Assembly (NCBI GenBank): GCA_003345595.1
Contig: PRDI01000112.1
Span: 1 to 13,620 of the forward strand
Length of the DNA stretch: 13,620 nt
Reading direction: 5' to 3'
DNA from: Candidatus Thorarchaeota archaeon
GTDB lineage: Archaea; Asgardarchaeota; Thorarchaeia; Thorarchaeales; Thorarchaeaceae
The position numbers and the translations under genes were made by a program. Positions 6,899 to 13,620 of this stretch are shown here, in pieces. The stretch's first letter is position 1. Every line of letters begins with the position of its first letter. Under the pieces are notes generated by a model that made no database searches, was not told the DNA's origin, and saw only the letters and a list, made by a program, of their open reading frames with translations.

Positions 6899-9088
6899 AT
6901 GACGGGAGAATCAGTTCGTTTGAAGGTTGCTGCAGCAATGCCAAGGGATCAGGGTCGTGGCATTGTAAGACTAAACACCGAAGTGCGAAGCCAGCTCGGC
7001 GTCGGGTCAGGAAGCTATGTGCTCGTCAAAGGACAGAGGGAAACTGTCGCTGTATGCTGGCCAAGCCTGAAAGAGGATGAAGCCATAGACATGATCAGGA
7101 TGGACAGCCTCATCAGAACCAACGCAGGCGTGAAACTAGGAGACGTTGTCGAGATTAGCAGTGTAACCGTGCCCGATGGAACTCGAGTTGTTCTGGCGCC
7201 CAGCCAACCCGTCAGGTTTCAGCCAGGCTTCGAGGAGTACATCAAGCAACAGATCATAAACAGACCAGTCACAAGGGGGGATCTTCTCCTTATTGCCTCC
7301 ATTGGACAGGGTCTCCAGTTCACCGCAACCGCAGTCGCTCCGAGCAAACATGTTCGCCTTACCCCTGCGACAAATGTCGAAGTGTTGACGAAGCCTGCAT
7401 CGGCTGAAGAGGTGTCAATACCGCAAGTGACATACGAGGACATTGGTGGCCTCGGAAAGGAACTGCAGAGAATTCGCGAAATGGTAGAGTTGCCAATGAA
7501 GTCCCCAGAGCTGTTCAAGCGTTTGGGTATCACTCCGCCAAAGGGAGTGCTGCTCATGGGGCCGCCTGGTACTGGCAAGACTCTCATCGCAAAAGCAGTA
7601 GCACATGAGTCAGGTGCAAACTTCAAGACGATCAACGGGCCTGAGATCATGTCGAAGTTCTATGGTGAGTCTGAACAGAAGCTGAGAGAGGTCTTCGAGG
7701 ATGCTGAGAAGAACGCTCCCAGTATCATATTCATTGATGAGCTGGACAGTATTGCCCCCAAGCGAGCAGACGTGACTGGAGAAGTCGAGCGAAGGGTGGT
7801 CGCGCAACTGCTTGCGCTCATGGATGGCCTCCAAGCTCGGGGACAGGTCATTGTCATTGGTGCCAGCAATCGGCCTGATGACATCGACCCTGCGCTGAGA
7901 AGACCGGGCAGGTTCGACAGAGAGATTGAGATTGGCGTCCCTGACAAGAAGGGCCGCTTGGAGATACTCCAGATTCACACAAGATCTATGCCATTGGAAG
8001 AAGGCATAGACCTCGAGAGGCTTGCGGCAATAACCCATGGCTTCGTGGGTGCCGACCTTGCCGCGCTCGCAAGAGAAGCGGCCATGCAAGCATTACGCAG
8101 AGCACTCCCGCATGTGGACCCTGAAACCGGTGACATCCCTCCAGAGATACTCAACAGCCTCTATGTCACAAAGGCAGACTTCGACCTAGCCCTGTCAGAG
8201 GTTTCGCCGTCAGCTCTACGGGAGGTCCTGGTTGAGAAGCCAAATGTGCGCTGGGACGACATTGGAGGACTTGCCAAAGTGAAATCCCAGCTGAGAGAGG
8301 CCGTTGAAGCGCCCCTCATGCATCCAGACGTATACAGTGGTATGGGTATCCGAACCCCCAAGGGCATTCTACTCTTTGGACCGCCGGGAACCGGCAAGAC
8401 TCTGCTCGCAAAAGCAGTTGCCACAGAGAGCGAGGCGAATTTCATCGCCATCAAAGGCCCGGAGATGTTTAACAAGTATGTGGGCGAGTCGGAGAAGGCT
8501 GTTCGCGAGATATTCAAGAAAGCCCGGCAGACTGCACCGTGCATCCTATTCTTCGATGAGATTGATGCAATCCTGAACACTCGCGCATTGCGCTCTGACG
8601 ATTCAGGTGTCAGTCAGAGGATCATAAATCAGTTCTTGGCAGAGATTGATGGCATGCAGACACTCCAGAATGTCCTGGTGATTGGGGCGACAAACAGGGC
8701 AGACATGCTTGACCCAGCTGCACTGAGGCCGGGCAGGTTTGACGCAGTGCTTTTTGTACCTCCACCTGACATGGCAGCCAGATTAGAGATCCTAAAGGTT
8801 CACACAAGAAGGATGCCTCTCTCGAAGGACGTGAACCTAGAGAAGCTTGCAGAGATGACCGAGGGTTTCTCGGGTGCGGATATTGAAGGACTATGCAGAG
8901 AAGCGGCCATGTCTGCTGTCCGAGATGACTGGAAGGTCAAGCCAGTCCAGATGAAGAACTTCGAGAGTGCACTAAAGGAGATAAGGCCGAGCATCATGCC
9001 TGAGGACCTCAAGAGATTCCAAGAGATGGCAGAGCTCGTCCTCCGACGTCAGCCACAAAGAACCGAAACTCTCCCCGGGTATGTATAG
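6899..9088 (+). CDS. cdc48: CDC48/p97/VAT family double AAA+ ATPase
   Basis: 729 aa. N-domain with [10 protein letters not shown] and [17 protein letters not shown]. Two Walker A motifs (GPPGTGKT), Walker B motifs IIFIDE and ILFFDE, SRH motifs ALRRPGRFD and ALRPGRFD, and a C-terminal ...PGYV. Confidence 0.98.
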   Translation: MTGESVRLKVAAAMPRDQGRGIVRLNTEVRSQLGVGSGSYVLVKGQRETVAVCWPSLKEDEAIDMIRMDSLIRTNAGVKLGDVVEISSVTVPDGTRVVLAPSQPVRFQPGFEEYIKQQIINRPVTRGDLLLIASIGQGLQFTATAVAPSKHVRLTPATNVEVLTKPASAEEVSIPQVTYEDIGGLGKELQRIREMVELPMKSPELFKRLGITPPKGVLLMGPPGTGKTLIAKAVAHESGANFKTINGPEIMSKFYGESEQKLREVFEDAEKNAPSIIFIDELDSIAPKRADVTGEVERRVVAQLLALMDGLQARGQVIVIGASNRPDDIDPALRRPGRFDREIEIGVPDKKGRLEILQIHTRSMPLEEGIDLERLAAITHGFVGADLAALAREAAMQALRRALPHVDPETGDIPPEILNSLYVTKADFDLALSEVSPSALREVLVEKPNVRWDDIGGLAKVKSQLREAVEAPLMHPDVYSGMGIRTPKGILLFGPPGTGKTLLAKAVATESEANFIAIKGPEMFNKYVGESEKAVREIFKKARQTAPCILFFDEIDAILNTRALRSDDSGVSQRIINQFLAEIDGMQTLQNVLVIGATNRADMLDPAALRPGRFDAVLFVPPPDMAARLEILKVHTRRMPLSKDVNLEKLAEMTEGFSGADIEGLCREAAMSAVRDDWKVKPVQMKNFESALKEIRPSIMPEDLKRFQEMAELVLRRQPQRTETLPGYV

Positions 9089-9097
9089 GCTCTTGAT

Positions 9098-9157
9098 GAC
9101 TCAGACAGCGCTGCCGCGAGAACAGTTCAAACGCCATGGCAGCGCTCGTCGGGAGTT
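9098..9157 (+). other. Long stem-loop downstream of cdc48 (possible 3' stabiliser or terminator)
   Basis: GACAGCGCTGCC (9104-9115) pairs with GGCAGCGCTCGTC (9138-9150) with one bulge; the stem extends with GACTC/GAGTT. Confidence 0.5.
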
Positions 9158-9221
9158 GCTTCACCTCCAAGTGCGGGCAACACTCATAAGCGGCAGATGA
9201 CCCCGCCCTAGGTGACCGTCC

Positions 9222-11702
9222 ATGGCTGACCGATGGGTGTTGAATGTCTGCCCGTTTCTGCATTTTGACAACTCAAGGTCACAAACATACGAGCACTACG
9301 TGAGCATCGCATCGTGGAATGTCAAGAGCGTGCTTGATTACCTTGATGTCGATACATCACACAAGTTCGCACTCGACCAGGTGACTCTCCTTGAAGGCTT
9401 CAAGAGGCTGTTCCCAAACTATTGGGACCTGCTACACCAACGAGTCCTCGAGGGCCGCATTGAGATAGTCGGTGGCACCTATGTCATGCCTGACTTCGTG
9501 ATTCCGGATGGGGAGTCCATAGCCCGACAGTTCCTGTACGGAGTGAAGTTCTTCAGAGAGGAACTCGGAATCGATGTTCGAACGGGCTGGGCAGTCGATT
9601 CCATGGGTCATCCTTCCCAGATGCCTCAGATACTAAGACAATGTGGGATTGACTCCTATTACTTCTGGAGAGGAATGCCATTCAAAGCCCGAAGTGAGTT
9701 CGTGTGGAAAGCCCCTGATGGCAGCCGGGTCATTGCTGTCTGGCTGCCTCTGGGCTATGATTGTGCTGCTTGGCTCTCGGAGAACACAAGAGAGGCCTTC
9801 ACAAGTATTCTTCACATAGTCGATGAGACCGGTCCTCGCGCAGTTTCCAATAATCTGTTTGTTCCTGTCGGCGGTGAACTTGTTCCGCCTCTGCCTCATC
9901 TCACGGACATAGCGGGCCAATGGAATAAGACGTTCCCAGATATGCGCATGGTAATTGCCAACCCTCGCGAGTTCACTGAAAGGGCAAAGGCTGTACAAGC
10001 CAGAATGCCGGTCATTCAAGGAGGCTTCTATGGGGGACACCTGTCGCCGTTGCCATCGGGAGGACTCAGTGCCCGAGTCAAGCTCAAGATCATGAATAGA
10101 CGCCTCGAAACCCTGCTATATCTTGCTGAGCTCTACATGAGCACGAGCGAGATACATGATAAGAGTGCTACACTTGACAACATCTGGAGGGTTCTTCTCT
10201 TCAACCAAGATCATAACATCATACGAGGGGCACTTGCAGACGAGCCGTTCAGACTAGCTGTCCGCAGGTATCAGCAGGCGATTTCACAAGCCGAGGAGAT
10301 GCTTGAAGACGCTGTGGAAAAGACTACTGCGCGGATTGCGCAGCCCCCAGAGAACCCCTCGTATGTTGTATTCAACCCGGTGCCTTGGACGCGGAGCGAT
10401 TTCGTGCATGTGCCTGTGGATATGACTAGAATACCGACTGGTCAGTTCGAAGTGCGGGATCCCGAAGGACACAGCATTCCGTATCAGCGCATCAGTGAAA
10501 CCCCTGAAACAACCCCAACCGAGATAGGCTTCATCGCCAGCGACCTTCCTTCTCTCGGTTACAGGGTTTACTCGGTTGTGCCGGTTGAGAAATCACCCGA
10601 TTTTCCATCTACGATCAAGTCTGGCAGGAACTGGATTGAGAGCGATCAATTCATACTGGAGTTCGACGAGTTCAGCGGCGCAATCACTCGTTTCCACGAC
10701 AAGACCACTCAAGCTGAGCTACTACACGGGTACGCGAACTACATCTCAATGGAGAGCGATGTGGGAGACCTCTACAGACATGATACTGCGCGGTGTTCGT
10801 GCAGCGACTCAGAACCCACCACGCTCCGCTTCCCGGGCAAATTCTCGGTAGTCCAATCAGGGCCAGTGCGCTCAGCCATTGAGGTTTCTGGCGACTTCAA
10901 CGGGTGCAAGCGTAGACAACGTGTCATAGTTTACCAGGGACTCAGAAGGGTCGACCTAGAAACTGATATTGATTTCAAGGGACAAGAGAAGTGCGTGCGG
11001 GCCAACTTCCCACTGAACGTCTACACGGACCATGTGACGGTAGGTTCACAATTTGCAGCAGAGACAAGGTTCCCAGGATCCAGTGATTATGCTCCAGACG
11101 CGGGTAGCAGAGTATTCTCTGCGCTAGACTGGGTTGACTGCACCGGACCCGAAACAGGCCTTTGCGTTTCAACGTTGGGTCTACACGAGTTCGAGTTCTC
11201 GAATGGCCTCCTTCGCATCACTCTCCTGCGAAGCGTCAATTACCTGTCACGCGGCGAGGATGATGACATAGTGGAAACCGACGCGGCACGGGAGATTGGC
11301 TCACACAGCTTCCGTATCGCACTGATACCTCACCAAGGCAAGTGGGACGAGGCGAGAGTGTGGAAATCATCAACAGAACATCGACTGCCACTGATTGCAT
11401 GTCCAAAGGCAGAAGGTCAGGGTGAGTTGCCAGCTGAGGCCTCCTTCCTTGAGATTGACGATGGCGAACTAGCGCTGTCATGTTTCAAACCAACTGACGA
11501 CCCGAAGGAGTTCATTGTCAGGGTGTACGATGTGCACGGAAACGGAGGGCGCATGGCCCTCAAGTTCAACCGTGATGTTGAAGGTGCCAAGCTAGTCGAC
11601 ATGTGCGAGAGAAACATAGGACAATTGTCTGTTGATGGACGCGTGGTTCGTCTACCCATGGTTGCTCACTCAATATGCACCATTCGAGTGAAGATGAAGT
11701 GA
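9222..11702 (+). CDS. Glycoside hydrolase family 38 (alpha-mannosidase-like)
   Basis: 826 aa, SD AGGTGA at 9210-9215. Motifs HFD, GRIEIVGGTYVMPD...DGESIARQFLYG, GWAVDSMGH...MPQIL, EFVWKAPDGSRV, NQDHNIIRG, VVFNPVPWTR, LPSLGYRVY and LRITLLRS match the GH38 N-terminal, middle and C-terminal domains. Confidence 0.92.
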   Translation: MADRWVLNVCPFLHFDNSRSQTYEHYVSIASWNVKSVLDYLDVDTSHKFALDQVTLLEGFKRLFPNYWDLLHQRVLEGRIEIVGGTYVMPDFVIPDGESIARQFLYGVKFFREELGIDVRTGWAVDSMGHPSQMPQILRQCGIDSYYFWRGMPFKARSEFVWKAPDGSRVIAVWLPLGYDCAAWLSENTREAFTSILHIVDETGPRAVSNNLFVPVGGELVPPLPHLTDIAGQWNKTFPDMRMVIANPREFTERAKAVQARMPVIQGGFYGGHLSPLPSGGLSARVKLKIMNRRLETLLYLAELYMSTSEIHDKSATLDNIWRVLLFNQDHNIIRGALADEPFRLAVRRYQQAISQAEEMLEDAVEKTTARIAQPPENPSYVVFNPVPWTRSDFVHVPVDMTRIPTGQFEVRDPEGHSIPYQRISETPETTPTEIGFIASDLPSLGYRVYSVVPVEKSPDFPSTIKSGRNWIESDQFILEFDEFSGAITRFHDKTTQAELLHGYANYISMESDVGDLYRHDTARCSCSDSEPTTLRFPGKFSVVQSGPVRSAIEVSGDFNGCKRRQRVIVYQGLRRVDLETDIDFKGQEKCVRANFPLNVYTDHVTVGSQFAAETRFPGSSDYAPDAGSRVFSALDWVDCTGPETGLCVSTLGLHEFEFSNGLLRITLLRSVNYLSRGEDDDIVETDAAREIGSHSFRIALIPHQGKWDEARVWKSSTEHRLPLIACPKAEGQGELPAEASFLEIDDGELALSCFKPTDDPKEFIVRVYDVHGNGGRMALKFNRDVEGAKLVDMCERNIGQLSVDGRVVRLPMVAHSICTIRVKMK

Positions 11703-11878
11703 ACGTGTTTTCCGTGAGGCTGCAACACCCGCATACGTTCGAGATACTCTTTTGAACCACGGCCGTACCTGTATCGACGCCATTCAGGCAAGGAAGGCGA
11801 TTTCAGACGAGTGACTTCTATCCGATTTCACCGCTTGTGGCAATAACTAACACAAGCTATGCTGCTCAGGCTGGGGTG

Positions 11879-12700
11879 ATGGATGAAATGTGGGCAGCAC
11901 GTGTAGTCCGAGGGAAGAAGATCATTATCGAGAAAACAATGAGCGAACTCGGTCTCGACAACTTCGTGGGAGTGATATATGGTCACATCAGGATTGAGGG
12001 CTTGAGTAGACACGACGTCGCCATGTGTGCTGGACGGCTTATGCAGTATGCTAGGAAGTACCAACAGTCAGGGGTCTGTCCCAACTTTGAATTACCAGAT
12101 CTCGTTCGAGAGGGCGAAGAACCTCCAGTCCATACACATACAGTTGGCACGGTCGTAGAAACCCAACCTGCTCAAACGATTTCGACAGTCACAGAGCCCG
12201 AATCTGCTCAGGCTGTGCCGGGTATGGCGGCTCTGGAACAGCTACCAGAACTCAAACTGCTCTCACCGAAGGACTCTTGGCGAAGTGAGATTGAGGCACA
12301 CTCAGTTCTCTTGACTGCGGCCGCGATGCATTGTGGCGGCCTTCAACCAGGTCAACATGATGCCTTGTTCGCCAAGACAGCAGACGAGCTTGTGAGCCTT
12401 TGGAGTGAGTCGGGCAACTCAGCAGATCTCGTCGTACACTTTGCATCGATGATACAGGCGTGCTCCAAGGAGAGCCAATTGCCCAAGACCGGTTCGGGCA
12501 GAATCACAGTCGAAACTGGGTCATGCGAGATCCTTAGGATGGCCAATCGCTTGGACAAGTCTGGCACAAGACTGCCCAAAGGGTATCCATGCAAGTTCCA
12601 TGAGATGATTGCCGGAAGAGTAGGCGACAGGGCGGGAGTGGATGTGGCCATCAACACATCCTCAGTGGGCTGCATAGTCACAATCGCTTTGAAGCAGTAA
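11879..12700 (+). CDS. Hypothetical protein with a C-terminal V4R/H-NOX-like (Cys-containing) domain
   Basis: ORF open from 11837; the likely start is ATG 11879 or 11888 (GGGGTGA SD upstream of the latter). An N-terminal domain is followed by a P/T/E-rich linker and then ITVETGSCEIL...YPCKFHEMIAGRV...VAINTSSVGCIVTIAL, with V4R-like spacing of three cysteines. Confidence 0.55.
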   Translation: MDEMWAARVVRGKKIIIEKTMSELGLDNFVGVIYGHIRIEGLSRHDVAMCAGRLMQYARKYQQSGVCPNFELPDLVREGEEPPVHTHTVGTVVETQPAQTISTVTEPESAQAVPGMAALEQLPELKLLSPKDSWRSEIEAHSVLLTAAAMHCGGLQPGQHDALFAKTADELVSLWSESGNSADLVVHFASMIQACSKESQLPKTGSGRITVETGSCEILRMANRLDKSGTRLPKGYPCKFHEMIAGRVGDRAGVDVAINTSSVGCIVTIALKQ

Positions 12701-12794
12701 ACGCCTGTCAGCGACAATCTTAAATCAATCTGACAGAACCGAGATTCACTAGACGAGACCCGGTGATTCGTGTCTCGGTTGGGAGCTCACAACG

Positions 12795-13070
12795 ATGTCA
12801 TATCTAACGTGGCGCAGTTATGCGCGTTCGGGACCTGTGTGTATTGGCGCACTTCTGGTGATTGCCGGTGCAGTCCTAGCTCTGCTGGCAAGCCAAGGGA
12901 CCGCTCTACTCGGAGACAACACCATGTTGATTGGTGCAGTTGTCGCCGTTATAGGGCTTATTTTCATCATCATTGGTTTCGCTCGTCCCAAGAAGAAGCG
13001 CGACTCCGTACTGACAAAGGTCGATACTCGTTCCGGCAATGTTCCACCTCCGCCGCCGCCGAAGGATTGA
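12795..13070 (+). CDS. Small two-TM membrane protein with a basic stop-transfer and C-terminal polyproline tail
   Basis: 91 aa. Hydrophobic segments IGALLVIAGAVLALLA and LIGAVVAVIGLIFIIIGF, then RPKKKR and a terminal VPPPPPPKD. Confidence 0.75.
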   Translation: MSYLTWRSYARSGPVCIGALLVIAGAVLALLASQGTALLGDNTMLIGAVVAVIGLIFIIIGFARPKKKRDSVLTKVDTRSGNVPPPPPPKD

Positions 13071-13094
13071 GTTTCTTTAAGTGAATCGTTAGCC

Positions 13095-13142
13095 GAGAAG
13101 GCTCCTGAGTCTGGCTGGAAAGCACTAGATGCGGGCCTTCTC
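13095..13142 (+). other. Intergenic hairpin capped by a GGAA (GNRA) tetraloop
   Basis: GAGAAGGCTC pairs with GGGCCTTCTC (10 bp including one G-U). The inner stem is GTCTG/TAGAT plus GCT-GGAA-AGC. Confidence 0.5.
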
Positions 13143-13270
13143 TCCCTATTCACCTGTTATTGTGGTAGCGTGAGCAGGAACAACTGTCATTTCGGAGCTT
13201 TGTCGGCCAAATGCTAATATGCGGAGCAGTCCGACTTGTTTCGAAAGGACAATTAGACGGGGTAGATCCA

Positions 13271-13561
13271 ATGACAGTTCTTGAGTACAAGCAGAATCAG
13301 TTCTCTGAGTCCACAGGCCAACCTACGACTGAGATTACTCTCACCATAGACGACAACCAGAAGAAACTGGTGCTCGTTGTTCCCGGTGGAGTCAGCATGA
13401 TCGAGCGAAGGGCGGCCGAGAGAGGAGCCAGAGCAATAGAAAAGGCAGGCTTTCAGACGGCCAAGAAGGGTCGAATAGGCAGGGGATACGAGCTAGTCAT
13501 CCAAGGACAAGGAGGTAATCTCCCAGACAAGCTGACTCATTCCCCACGTGAGGTCTACTGA
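13271..13561 (+). CDS. Small hypothetical protein, possibly a single-domain gelsolin-like fold
   Basis: ATG 13271 gives 96 aa (the ORF is open from 13211). The pattern strand-(D)D-xx-K-strand-G-x-S-x-x-E-R-x-x-A-x-x-x-A-x-x-I...strand-QG resembles a gelsolin repeat, but the usual Trp residues are missing. Confidence 0.5.
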   Translation: MTVLEYKQNQFSESTGQPTTEITLTIDDNQKKLVLVVPGGVSMIERRAAERGARAIEKAGFQTAKKGRIGRGYELVIQGQGGNLPDKLTHSPREVY

Positions 13562-13620
13562 TACCGCTTCTGGTAGGTAGTCTGCCTGACCATGACATCC
13601 TCGAAAGAGGCATAAACAGG

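Noticed and set aside
7136-9012. Several 60-160 aa antisense or alternate-frame ORFs within cdc48 (and likewise within GH38 and other genes)
   Set aside because: They are shadow ORFs of well-supported genes and have no recognisable motifs.
9096-9157. Eukaryote-like SECIS element (AUGA before a long stem)
   Set aside because: The 3' GA of the core quartet is not in register, and the neighbouring genes show no in-frame UGA at a Cys-equivalent position.
13095-13142. SRP RNA helix 8 (GGAA loop followed by AGCA)
   Set aside because: It lacks the opposing CAGG symmetric loop, and the intergenic space is too small for an archaeal 7S RNA.
12770-13153. Alternative ORFs 12770-13084 (+) and 12818-13153 (-)
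   Set aside because: The 12795-13070 frame gives a coherent 2-TM protein with an ATG start; the poly-Gly in the minus-strand ORF simply mirrors the poly-Pro codons.

Overview
Gene-dense archaeal window, most consistent with an Asgard archaeon, probably Thorarchaeota. This is inferred from AGGTGA/GGAGTGA ribosome-binding sites, BRE-TATA promoters and several eukaryotic-signature-like proteins. From left to right it carries: two tandem paralogous longin + double winged-helix proteins resembling NPRL2/NPRL3 (GATOR1); a convergent pair of a Roadblock/LC7 gene and a divergent stand-alone NifB-like radical SAM gene, with no nifHDK in the window; a coiled-coil/wHTH gene paired with a PD-(D/E)xK nuclease gene; an AN1-zinc-finger/M50 (site-2) protease fusion, divergent from an Hsp20-Cdc48 operon; a GH38 alpha-mannosidase-family gene with altered motifs; a protein with a C-terminal V4R-like domain; a small 2-TM protein with a polyproline tail; and a possible single-domain gelsolin-like protein. 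The best candidate novel systems are (i) a GATOR1/Ragulator-like longin-roadblock cluster tied to an atypical NifB homologue and (ii) an ERAD-like membrane and glycoprotein quality-control neighbourhood (AN1-S2P, Hsp20, Cdc48, GH38). I found no rRNA, tRNA, CRISPR array or mobile element. All family calls come from motif recognition by eye, not database searches.
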